A stretch of DNA of 29,561 bases. Source: an uncultured Oscillospiraceae bacterium. GTDB taxonomy: Bacteria; Bacillota; Clostridia; Oscillospirales; Oscillospiraceae. The translations under genes were made by a program, and so were the position numbers. The stretch's first letter is position 1. Each line of letters starts with the position of its first letter. A model generated the notes under the pieces. The model saw nothing but the letters and a program-made list of their open reading frames with translations. It did no database searches and was not told the origin of the DNA. Shown here in pieces: positions 13,677-22,274 of the stretch. The stretch is taken from the NCBI GenBank assembly GCA_947628265.1, contig CANQZF010000001.1, positions 1-29,561 of the forward strand, read 5' to 3'.

Positions 13677-16198
13677 TACCCCCTGTACCCTTCGGCTGAA
13701 ATCGCAAGCGTCTTTGGCGGTATGAGGCCGTCCAGCCCCTTTTGTGCAAAGGGCATGGAGAGAAACAGCATATCCATATCGGCGCTCACCGTCAAAACAA
13801 AGCCGGTCTTGGCGGAGGAAAGCTCAAAAAGCTCGGTCTTCTCCATGAGGCTCTCCCGCTCTTCTCGGCTCCTGTCCTTATCGGACCCGATCTTGTTGAC
13901 CTTGTTGGTCATGTTGACCTGGATGAGGCTCTTAACGCGTTCAGCCATTTCATCCCCATCGACAAAAAGCAAAAAGACGCGCAGATAGTCAAAATAGGTG
14001 AGCCCGTTTTTGTCGTCCAAGCCGTCGTCCGACCCCCCGGAGCTCTCAGAGCCCTCCGCGCCTCCTGAGTCTCCTTGGCCCCCTGTGAGGCCCTCCAGGG
14101 TGCTCTTCAACGCGTCTTTTGAGGCGTCCAGCAGGCTGCTGAGCTGAAGCTTCCAGGTGTCGTCCGTTTTTAGAAAGGCCACCTTGTGCCCCTGCCGAAG
14201 AAGGCTCAGGTCCACAAGGGCCTCGCCTGCGGCCATACCGAGCCTGGCCAGCTCTCCCACCGCTATGGCGATGGGCCCCAGCCCCGCAAGGGCAGATTTA
14301 ATGGAGCCTACCACTGTCTTTACGGACTCTATTGTAAAGGACGCGATATAGTCCATGACGAGACGGAGAATCACGATCAAAAGTCCCACGGCGTTGTGGT
14401 TGCTTTTGGCGTCGCTCTTACCGTGATAGACGTACTCCAGCTCCGACTGAAACATGAAGTTAACGTCGATGCTCATGGGGATGCCGGCCATGTTCTTTTC
14501 CCCACTCTTGGTGGTGTAGCAGGAGAACATCTCGGTGGTGTATGTAAGCAAAAGGATCTTGTTCGCCACGGAGTCCATAAGGGTCCCGAGACTGGCAAAA
14601 TCGCTGAGAAGCTTGCTCCACCCGCTCTCCCCTGAGGGTTCGTCTTCGCTGCCATTGACAAGTTTGGAGCAGTGCCAGGCGCCCTCCGGTTTTGGGTCGA
14701 GGCCGGCGTACAGGTCCTTGACCGTGTCAAAGAGCCTCTCTACGGACTTTGTGGCGCTTGCCTTGGTCGCGCTCTTCTCACCGCTGTAGAGCTCCTTCAG
14801 AATATCCAGGAACTTCTTGTTGTTCTCGGAAAACTCAGGCCACGCCTTATATTCGCTGTACGGCTTTATCTCCTCAGGCGAGTCGGCTGAACCGTTCCCC
14901 AGGTCCCACAGCACGTCAGGCCGGGGAGACGCCCCCGACGAGACCAGATGCGCGTTGGTGGCAGTGATGTCGATATCCATACCGTCTATGGCGCTTATAA
15001 GGCCATCCACCGTATAAGAGCCCAGACACTCCTCGCTCCCGATATTCCTGAGCCTGATCACGAAAGCACTGATATGGGGCTCATCAACGTTATACATCTC
15101 CTGGGCCATTTCCCCGAGATCGTATTCCACCAGGTCCTCATATTTATCCAGAAGACCGTCTGGACCCACCAGGCTTGCCTTCAGCGTGTCGTCGCAGTCG
15201 CTGGAATTCACCTTTGTCCGAAGCGCTTGGATCTTTTCCTTGAGGCCTTTTTTCGCTTTATCCGCCTTGTCGCACTGATCCTTCAGGTCGGTCAGGTTAG
15301 GGATGTATTTATTAAGCTTGTCGGCGTCGTCTTTCGCGTCCTTCTTAAGATCGGAAAGGAGGTCCTGGCACGCTTCCTTAAGCTCCTCATAGTTATCCTC
15401 GTGCTCTTCGACCTCCGCCTCGGCCGCCTCTTTTTCTTCATCCGTCTCCGCGTTGGCCAGATCGTCCAGGGCGTTTTCATAGGCGTCTCTCTCGCGAAGC
15501 ATTTCGCGCAGCTTGGAACTGACGCTGCTGAGGGCATCATTGATCTTTCGGACGGCGGCATTTTCCTCTACCTTGTACCCCGGAGCACCCTCGGAGGAGA
15601 CGCCCACCTCTTCGCCGCCGTCCAGTTTCTTCAGAAGGTCAAAGATTTTTTTGTAATATTTATCCAGCTTATCGAGCTCTTTTTCTATGTCCGTCTTGGC
15701 ATCGATAATCTCGGCGTCCGCGGTCACCTTTTTGAAGAGATCCAAGCGATCTAAGAGCTCATTGGCGAGTACGATGGGGGCGCGGATCTTGGAATATTCC
15801 TCTATTTGACGGCGGAGCTGGTTGATATCGTCTAAATTCTGCGCCTCGTCCGATTTTAGCTCCGCCTTCACATCCTTGCCGTAGAACAGCCGCAGGAGGT
15901 TATTCCCCGTGACGCTGGAGTCCTTGGCGAAGATGGTCTTTTCCACGTATTTGTTTACAAGCTCCTGGAGCTTTTCGTCCTCCATGGTGACGCCGAAAAG
16001 CCCGTACAGGTCCTGAAGGAGGGCGTTGTAGTCGGCCAGCACGGAGTTGAGCGCCAACTGGTCCGCGTCCTGAAGCACGGCGCGGGAGGTATAGATCCTT
16101 GCGAGGTCCACGCCTGTCCCGGTGATCAGGATCGCCGGGATCAGCAGGAGCGTGACCAGGACCGTCACCGCCCCCCGATTGCCTAACCCTCTTTTCAT
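13673..16198 (-). CDS. Large TadG-like pseudopilin with coiled coil and DUF5702-like C-terminus (841 aa)
   Basis: NRG|AVTVLVTLLLIP...VDLARI TadG-type N-terminus; long heptad-rich region; ELEYVYHGKSD and YFDYLRVFL motifs recalled as DUF5702. Confidence 0.82.
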   Translation of the reverse strand: MKRGLGNRGAVTVLVTLLLIPAILITGTGVDLARIYTSRAVLQDADQLALNSVLADYNALLQDLYGLFGVTMEDEKLQELVNKYVEKTIFAKDSSVTGNNLLRLFYGKDVKAELKSDEAQNLDDINQLRRQIEEYSKIRAPIVLANELLDRLDLFKKVTADAEIIDAKTDIEKELDKLDKYYKKIFDLLKKLDGGEEVGVSSEGAPGYKVEENAAVRKINDALSSVSSKLREMLRERDAYENALDDLANAETDEEKEAAEAEVEEHEDNYEELKEACQDLLSDLKKDAKDDADKLNKYIPNLTDLKDQCDKADKAKKGLKEKIQALRTKVNSSDCDDTLKASLVGPDGLLDKYEDLVEYDLGEMAQEMYNVDEPHISAFVIRLRNIGSEECLGSYTVDGLISAIDGMDIDITATNAHLVSSGASPRPDVLWDLGNGSADSPEEIKPYSEYKAWPEFSENNKKFLDILKELYSGEKSATKASATKSVERLFDTVKDLYAGLDPKPEGAWHCSKLVNGSEDEPSGESGWSKLLSDFASLGTLMDSVANKILLLTYTTEMFSCYTTKSGEKNMAGIPMSIDVNFMFQSELEYVYHGKSDAKSNHNAVGLLIVILRLVMDYIASFTIESVKTVVGSIKSALAGLGPIAIAVGELARLGMAAGEALVDLSLLRQGHKVAFLKTDDTWKLQLSSLLDASKDALKSTLEGLTGGQGDSGGAEGSESSGGSDDGLDDKNGLTYFDYLRVFLLFVDGDEMAERVKSLIQVNMTNKVNKIGSDKDRSREERESLMEKTELFELSSAKTGFVLTVSADMDMLFLSMPFAQKGLDGLIPPKTLAISAEGYRGY

Positions 16199-16210
16199 GC
16201 CGCTTCTCCC

Positions 16211-16870
16211 TCACTTCACGCCCAGAAACTTCCAGACCTTATTAAACGCGTCGGAGAGCTTATCTAACCCTAAGCCGTATTTTGTGTTGAGATACTCCAC
16301 AAAATCCGACGCGATATCCATAGTTCTTACAAACTCGTCGCCGTTTTGGACGATGGCGGTGGAGCTCACCGTGATGGGGATCTCCTTCGGGAAGCCCACC
16401 AGGGACAGATCCACCGGGGAGACCACGGTGCGCGTGGCGGTGACGGTGACTTCCTTATATATAATGTAGTTTTGAAGCCGCACATCCACCTCCAGATCCC
16501 CGCTTTTGGCGACGATGCTGTCTCCCTCGATCTTCGTGACGGTCTCTTTGGCCCCGGACTTGTCCACCTTTCCGGACAGCACCGAGAAAAACGCCACGTA
16601 CACGTTGGGAAGGGCCTTTTTGTCCCTCTCCCACTCATACTTCACCTGCTTGTCGTCAAACTTGAGCCAGGTGTCGGACTGCTCCACGGTGAGAGCGGTG
16701 GCGGCGTACTGCGTGGCCTCCTGGAGCACCGCCCGCTCCGGGAGGTAAACGGACAAAAGAGCCAGTCCCGTGAAGACCAGGAGGACGATGGGGAAGAGAA
16801 TGGTCGCCTCGACCACGGCGTAGGCCCTTGTATTCATCATAAAGCGCTTTAGACGTTGTCTCACGGCCAT
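16211..16870 (-). CDS. TadE-family pseudopilin (219 aa)
   Basis: TRA|YAVVEATILFPIV N-terminus and LQEATQYAA helix. Start moved to ATG 16870 behind a GGGAGG RBS. Confidence 0.87.
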   Translation of the reverse strand: MAVRQRLKRFMMNTRAYAVVEATILFPIVLLVFTGLALLSVYLPERAVLQEATQYAATALTVEQSDTWLKFDDKQVKYEWERDKKALPNVYVAFFSVLSGKVDKSGAKETVTKIEGDSIVAKSGDLEVDVRLQNYIIYKEVTVTATRTVVSPVDLSLVGFPKEIPITVSSTAIVQNGDEFVRTMDIASDFVEYLNTKYGLGLDKLSDAFNKVWKFLGVK

Positions 16871-16904
16871 TCTCCCTCCCTTTTTGAATGTTCGCGGAGT
16901 GATA

Positions 16905-17195
16905 TTATACTGGACCATCTCCGCCCGCAGGCGGATTCTGATTCCAGCTCCCTGGTTCCGACAGATCGCCCTTTTTAATGATTTTGTCCCATACACCCTT
17001 CAACCAACCGCTGAGGGCTTCCCAGAACACCGCGATAAGCAGCACCGCGATGAGGATGAGCAGTACCGCCACAACGATCCCGGAGAGGCCGCGCTCATCG
17101 CTGAAGAAGGACTTGATCTTTGCCTTGCAGGCGTTGACGGCCGCAACTCCTTTAAAATAGAGGGCGATGCTGGCGTTATTGATCGCTTCAAACAT
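16905..17195 (-). CDS. Flp-type major pilin (96 aa)
   Basis: Leader ending FFSDERG, hydrophobic LSGIVVAVLLILIAVLLIAVFW, strong AAGGAGG RBS, canonical position after tadC. Confidence 0.85.
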   Translation of the reverse strand: MFEAINNASIALYFKGVAAVNACKAKIKSFFSDERGLSGIVVAVLLILIAVLLIAVFWEALSGWLKGVWDKIIKKGDLSEPGSWNQNPPAGGDGPV

Positions 17196-17250
17196 CAGCG
17201 TGATCCTCCTTTCCTAAAAAATTATGCAGACCGGTCACCCGGAGAAGCAT

Positions 17251-18309
17251 TTACATGAGCGAGGTAAAATTGACCACCACCGGCGCCATGATCATGATGA
17301 GGATCGCGATGAACAGCAGCATAGTGGGGATCATGAGCTTGGTATTGGCCGCCTCGGAGGCCTTTTTGGCTGTGTGGCGGCGCTCCTGCCACGCCTCATG
17401 GGCCATGTCCTTGAGCAGCCGTCCGATCTCCGCGTTGCCCTTTGTGAGGTTCTGGATAATGGCGGAGGCGAGCTTCGTTGTCTCCTTGGTGTTACACCTG
17501 TCGATAAAGTTGGAATACGCCTCCACCGGCTCCACAAGGTTATTGAGCTCATCGGCTGTCTTGCGCATCTCCATATAGAGCTCATCGCTCCGGCTGAGGC
17601 TCGTCTCGGCCCAGGCCTTGTCCATGATCATCCCGGAGGTGACCAGCAGGGCCAGCTTGGATACCACGTTGGGGAACTGGCGGGCGATGGCCGCCCGGCG
17701 CTTTTTCAGCTTGTCGTCCACCTCGTCAAAAAGGGCGTAGACGAACACGGCCACCAGGGCCGTCCCGATCCCCAAAACAGCCAGCCCCTGGGTGGAGCCG
17801 CTGGCGGTCATGACCGCGGCGCCCAGGGCGAAGACTGCGGGAATGGCCAGCAAGGGGTAGGAGATGAGCTTTGCAAGCAGGGCCTCGGCCCGTTTGTCCG
17901 CGTACTTTTTCCCGTAGAGCTCCGCGTTTTTCTCATAGAGGCCCTTGTGCAGGGACTCCAGCTTCAGTTTGGGGTAGAGCCGCTGCGCCGCGTATCCCGG
18001 GAGGACCAGCAGCGAGACGCCCCGCATATTGCCCTGCTGGATGGCGGCGTTTTGCGCCTGGAGCTTGGCGATCTTCTTTTCGGAGTCGGAGGCCAGGAAA
18101 AGGCCCATGACCTTGCGCTCCAAGCCGCGGCAGGCCTCCAAACGCTGGGCGTTTGTCGCATCCTTGGCGCGGAGCTTGTCGATTTGCAGCATATTTTCAA
18201 GAATCTTTCCGAATGCCGCCGAGACCCACTCCTGGCGTCCAGCCACGCACAGCAGGACGATCCACGCGGCGAGGGCCGCCGTGGCAAAAACGAGCAAAAT
18301 CAGCTTCAC
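17251..18309 (-). CDS. tadC: TadC-like T2SSF-family platform protein
   Basis: ARQFPNVVSKLALLVTSGM, TKLASAIIQNLTKGN and ASEAANTKLMIPTMLL motifs; position after tadB. Confidence 0.9.
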   Translation of the reverse strand: MKLILLVFATAALAAWIVLLCVAGRQEWVSAAFGKILENMLQIDKLRAKDATNAQRLEACRGLERKVMGLFLASDSEKKIAKLQAQNAAIQQGNMRGVSLLVLPGYAAQRLYPKLKLESLHKGLYEKNAELYGKKYADKRAEALLAKLISYPLLAIPAVFALGAAVMTASGSTQGLAVLGIGTALVAVFVYALFDEVDDKLKKRRAAIARQFPNVVSKLALLVTSGMIMDKAWAETSLSRSDELYMEMRKTADELNNLVEPVEAYSNFIDRCNTKETTKLASAIIQNLTKGNAEIGRLLKDMAHEAWQERRHTAKKASEAANTKLMIPTMLLFIAILIMIMAPVVVNFTSLM

Positions 18310-18322
18310 GCCGCCACCTCCG

Positions 18323-19117
18323 TCAAATCTTTACGTTACTGAATATCTTCGTCAGGACGAAGCTGATGATGAACACGATAAGGCCCCCGGTAGCCACGGC
18401 CCTGCCCATGGGAGTCGTATATATGGCGTCCATAAAGCCCGCGCCGGCGGTGCCAATCACCGCTAGGATCACCAGCGGCATGAAGAGCATGATGTTTGCC
18501 TCGGATTTGGCGGCGGTCATCATGGCGTCGATCTCCATCTCAATCTCCATCTTGTCGGCGATGATCTGCTGCGTCTCACGGACGATCTCGTTAGCGCGGC
18601 TGGATTTGCCCTCGATGGTGGCGTAGATGGAGGCGAAGCTGTCAATGTCCTCCAGTCCGCTCCTGTCGGCCATGTCCTGAAAGGCGGCGGACAGCGGGAT
18701 GGCGTTGTTGAATTTTCGGATGATAATGTCCAGCTCCACCATGATGTCCGTCTCCGGGGAGTAGATCATCCCAAGGTCGTTTTTGGCGCTCATGAGCGCC
18801 GTCAAAACGGGATTGCCCGCGCGCATGGCCACAGACAGCGCCTCCAGAAGGTCGAAAAACTGGACCCGGAGCTTCAAAAGCCGCTTTTTGATGGCGCTTT
18901 TGGACGAGGCGTAGATATTGGCCGCTCCCACCACCAGGCCCCCCAGAGCGGAAATGACCGGGATCCTGTAGAAGATGTACAGGACCACGGCTCCCGCAGC
19001 GAAGCCCACCAAAAACGCCAAGATATGCTCCACCGGGCCGTTTGGGGTCTTGGAATAATCCGGTACCGGCTGTCTGTTGCTCACCGCGGGAGCTTGTTCT
19101 TCGACGGCCTTTTTCAT
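18323..19117 (-). CDS. tadB: TadB-like T2SSF-family platform protein
   Basis: QFFDLLEALSVAMRAGN, AFQDMADRSGLEDIDSFA and AAKSEANIM motifs; position after tadA. Confidence 0.9.
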   Translation of the reverse strand: MKKAVEEQAPAVSNRQPVPDYSKTPNGPVEHILAFLVGFAAGAVVLYIFYRIPVISALGGLVVGAANIYASSKSAIKKRLLKLRVQFFDLLEALSVAMRAGNPVLTALMSAKNDLGMIYSPETDIMVELDIIIRKFNNAIPLSAAFQDMADRSGLEDIDSFASIYATIEGKSSRANEIVRETQQIIADKMEIEMEIDAMMTAAKSEANIMLFMPLVILAVIGTAGAGFMDAIYTTPMGRAVATGGLIVFIISFVLTKIFSNVKI

Positions 19118-19129
19118 CTCTCCGCCTCC

Positions 19130-20410
19130 TTATATCTTGGTGTAAATACCGGCGCTCTCCAGCTTATAGGTGTTGCGCATGGGGTTTTCCGTTCTTCTGA
19201 GCTGCCCCTTTACTGTGGCCTTCGTGCTGTCCTCTGACTCCACGAACTCATAGAGCGGATTGAGCTCATAGGTTCTGGTCGCCGGGTCATATCCGATGAC
19301 CTCCACGATTTCCATGGTCTTCCTGCTCTTATCCCGCAGTCTTGAAAGGTGGATGATGATATCCACCGCCGAGGCGATCTGCTGGCGGATCGCCTCCAGG
19401 GGCAGCCCCTCCGCGCCCTGGAGGACCATGGTCTCAAGACGGCTCATCATGTCCCGGGTGGAGTTGGCGTGGCCGGTGGAGAGGGAGCCGTCGTGGCCGG
19501 TGTTCATGGCCTGGAGCATATCCAGCGCCTCGGCGCCGCGTACCTCGCCCACTACGATCCTGTCCGGTCTCATACGAAGGGCCGAGCGGATCAGGGCTCT
19601 TATGGGGATGGCGCCGCTGCCATCGGGGCCGGCGTTTCGCGTCTCAAGCCGCACCAGGTTGTCCACATTGCGGATCTGGAGCTCCGCGGAGTCCTCGATG
19701 GTTATCACACGCTCATCCCTGGGGATGAAGTTGGAAAGGGCGTTTAAAAATGTGGTTTTACCGCTGCCGGTGCCGCCGCTTATAAAGATGTTGTATCGCG
19801 CGGTCACAAGTAAGCGCAGCACCTCGGCGACCTCCGGAGTGATGGACCCGTAGGCGATGAGCTTTTCCACCGTCATGGCTTCCTTGGGGAACCGCCGGAT
19901 GGTCACGATAGGACCGTTGAGCGCGATGGGAGGCATGACCACATTGACACGGGAGCCGTCCTCCAGGTGCGTGTCCACAATGGGCTCGCTTTCGTTGACG
20001 ACTCTTCCGGCCTGAGAGACGAACTTGGTGATGATGGTCTCCAGCTCTTGGCGGCTCTCAAAATGGTTCTCCGTCTTGCTAAGCTTTCCGGCCCGCTCAA
20101 TGAAAATATCCTTATAGCCGTTTATCATGACCTCGGTTATGTCGGGGTCGTTGATGATCTGCCCCAATATGCCAAGGCCGCGAATGGCCTCGAACACGGC
20201 CTCCAGGATATATCTGCGCTCGCGAAAATTGATGGATGCCACCTGACGGCCAAGCTCCGGATTCTCCGTAGCTGCCCGCTCCACGGTCCTGTCAAGGACC
20301 GCCTCAATCAAACACTTCAGCTCATCGTCGTCCAATACCGTGAGGTCCGGGTTTTGGTGTATCTCCGTCTTTATCCTGCCGATGAGCAGATCGCGGTTTT
20401 TTTCTGTCAT
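19130..20410 (-). CDS. tadA: TadA/CpaF pilus assembly ATPase
   Basis: Walker A GGTGSGKTT, TIEDSAEL Asp box, ALRMRPDRIVVGEVRG Walker B, MNTGHDGSLSTGHAN His box. Confidence 0.96.
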   Translation of the reverse strand: MTEKNRDLLIGRIKTEIHQNPDLTVLDDDELKCLIEAVLDRTVERAATENPELGRQVASINFRERRYILEAVFEAIRGLGILGQIINDPDITEVMINGYKDIFIERAGKLSKTENHFESRQELETIITKFVSQAGRVVNESEPIVDTHLEDGSRVNVVMPPIALNGPIVTIRRFPKEAMTVEKLIAYGSITPEVAEVLRLLVTARYNIFISGGTGSGKTTFLNALSNFIPRDERVITIEDSAELQIRNVDNLVRLETRNAGPDGSGAIPIRALIRSALRMRPDRIVVGEVRGAEALDMLQAMNTGHDGSLSTGHANSTRDMMSRLETMVLQGAEGLPLEAIRQQIASAVDIIIHLSRLRDKSRKTMEIVEVIGYDPATRTYELNPLYEFVESEDSTKATVKGQLRRTENPMRNTYKLESAGIYTKI

Positions 20411-20435
20411 ACTATGTACACCCGCCCTTCAGAGC

Positions 20436-21428
20436 TTAAGAGAAATAGGCGGAAAGGGTCTTATAGACCACGATGGGGTCATTGGACTGGACATAGGGCA
20501 GGGCAATGGCATCGCTAAGGTCCGGCGTCTTTGGGTTCCCGCCCTTGTTTACGACGACCTTCAGCTTCCCCCGGATTTGACCGTAGGTGTTGTGCAGCGC
20601 CGTGAATTGTGTCCATTTCGCGCCGCTGTTTTGATCGATGACGGCGATGACGGTGTCGGCAAGGCTGAATACCCGGCTCACCTTGTTGTTCCATTCGCTG
20701 GGCAGGTCCACCACAAGCTCATCCGCCCCGTAAGCACACCCCAAAAGAAGGTCCTCCACGTCCTCGGGCGTAAGCTCGCTTATGTCATCGTAGTTTGTGG
20801 GATCGCAGAAGTACATAATCCCCGAACCCTGGTCCAAAAGCCTTATGCTCTGGGCGAGAAGGCAGATGCTCCCGGAGCCGGCACCGAAGATGGTGCTGAT
20901 GCTCTTCCCACTCTGCGGGAAAAAGGAGACCCCGTCGGCAAACGCCTGAAGGGAGAGATAGGCGACCTTTTTCCCCTGAGAGACTTTTTTCGCCGCGTAC
21001 GCCAGGGCCGCAGAGGTCTTGCCCGCGCCGCCCGCCGGGGACCAGAAGGCCACGGCGCGACCCACGTTGTTTCTGTCCACATCGGAGTCGGGATTTGACC
21101 GGGCATATTTCTCCAGAATTTCGCCAACCAGCGACCCTATCCGCTGATATTTATTGATCTGCTGGACGCCGGCGGGGAGATGGACAAAAGAGATGTCCGG
21201 GCCCCGGAGCGCCAGGGGGAGGGCGACCCCTGACATGCCGGCGGGACCCACAAATTCCGGCTCCATGAGGGCGATGTCGTACCGTTTTCCCGCAAGTACG
21301 TCCTTTAGCCGCTCTTCGCTTGAGCATACGTAGATATCAAAAGTATCCGAATACTTATTCGAGATCACTTTGGAAAGATGTTCCACGTAATCGGTATCCT
21401 TTGCCGCGATAAGGAGCTTCATGATCAT
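20436..21428 (-). CDS. TadZ/CpaE-like protein: pseudo-receiver domain plus MinD/ParA-like ATPase
   Basis: N-terminal receiver-like fold with Glu at the phospho-Asp position (YDIALME); deviant Walker A SPAGGAGKTS; LVVDLP. Start set at ATG 21428 (GAGG RBS). Confidence 0.85.
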   Translation of the reverse strand: MIMKLLIAAKDTDYVEHLSKVISNKYSDTFDIYVCSSEERLKDVLAGKRYDIALMEPEFVGPAGMSGVALPLALRGPDISFVHLPAGVQQINKYQRIGSLVGEILEKYARSNPDSDVDRNNVGRAVAFWSPAGGAGKTSAALAYAAKKVSQGKKVAYLSLQAFADGVSFFPQSGKSISTIFGAGSGSICLLAQSIRLLDQGSGIMYFCDPTNYDDISELTPEDVEDLLLGCAYGADELVVDLPSEWNNKVSRVFSLADTVIAVIDQNSGAKWTQFTALHNTYGQIRGKLKVVVNKGGNPKTPDLSDAIALPYVQSNDPIVVYKTLSAYFS

Positions 21429-21438
21429 TTTGAAAACC

Positions 21439-22116
21439 TCAACTTTCACAAATAACTATGGCTAAAGAAATATTGTCCCTCTCTCCGTGGTCAATCGCGC
21501 TTTGCGCTAATCGCTGAATTGTCTTTTTGCATATTTTGTGATTTACATTTTCCAGCGCTGTTTTCAGGATGTCCTCGCCCGTCCTCTTATAGAGCCCGTC
21601 AGAGCAAAGCAGAAACCGCCTGTTGGTACAGCGCCCCTCATTATAATAAATCGTCGGTTTTTTTCCGCCGCCCAGGCAGGAGGTGAGCCTCCCGTTATTG
21701 ACCTGGTCATAGGTCAGCTGCCGGATCTCCCCGTTTTCCAGGCTGTAGATGCGGCTGTCTCCGGCATGGACGATATAATAGTTCTCTCCGTCCAGAAGAA
21801 GAACTGACGCGGTGGTTCCGGTCCGCAGACACATATTGTCCGCGCTGATGGAAATATCATGATCGATCTCTACCAGCTTGTCCCTGAGGCGCAGCCCGAT
21901 CCTGGTGACGTCTGTTATCGAATCGAACCAGCTTCCGAGCATCCGAACGACGCCGACAGACGCAAACGCACCGTCCGCTCTGCTTCCGATCCCATCACAT
22001 ATTACGGCAAGACAGACGGCTCTATCTGACAGGACCTTCTCCTTTATCAGGATGCTGTCCATATTTGTCTCACGCCCGTTCTGTATGCTCAGACCATCAA
22101 AAAAGAAGGAATTCAT
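21439..22116 (-). CDS. PP2C/PPM-family Ser/Thr protein phosphatase (225 aa)
   Basis: GRETNMD, ICDGIG, HAGDSRIY, LLCSDGL and DNISL motifs; AAGGAG RBS before ATG 22116. Confidence 0.93.
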   Translation of the reverse strand: MNSFFFDGLSIQNGRETNMDSILIKEKVLSDRAVCLAVICDGIGSRADGAFASVGVVRMLGSWFDSITDVTRIGLRLRDKLVEIDHDISISADNMCLRTGTTASVLLLDGENYYIVHAGDSRIYSLENGEIRQLTYDQVNNGRLTSCLGGGKKPTIYYNEGRCTNRRFLLCSDGLYKRTGEDILKTALENVNHKICKKTIQRLAQSAIDHGERDNISLAIVICES

Positions 22117-22142
22117 CGCTTCGCTCCTTTCGCGCGGCATAC

Positions 22143-22151
22143 ATTATATCA
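22143..22151 (-). promoter_or_regulatory. Proximal extended -10 element (P2) of the Tad operon
   Basis: TGATATAAT on the minus strand about 27 nt before the PP2C start; no good -35. Confidence 0.55.
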
Positions 22152-22194
22152 GGCACAAACAGACTGTGGTGACATAGGTACACTTTTTGCACCA

Positions 22195-22208
22195 TAATTC
22201 GCGAATTA
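22195..22208. promoter_or_regulatory. Perfect 14-bp palindrome TAATTCGCGAATTA, candidate operator
   Basis: Self-complementary sequence lying between the two promoter elements. Confidence 0.5.
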
Positions 22209-22245
22209 GAAATATACGTAGATTTGGCGAAATGTTACATATTTT

Positions 22246-22274
22246 ATTATATCAGCATTACTTTCTAAATGCAA
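22246..22274 (-). promoter_or_regulatory. Near-consensus sigma-A promoter (P1) of the Tad operon
   Basis: TTGCAT (22269-22274), 17 nt, TATAAT (22246-22251), with extended -10 TG. Confidence 0.75.

Noticed and set aside
20436-21428. Missing phospho-Asp and missing signature Lys in the TadZ-like protein
   Set aside because: An atypical receiver domain and a deviant Walker A are the known normal state of TadZ/CpaE.
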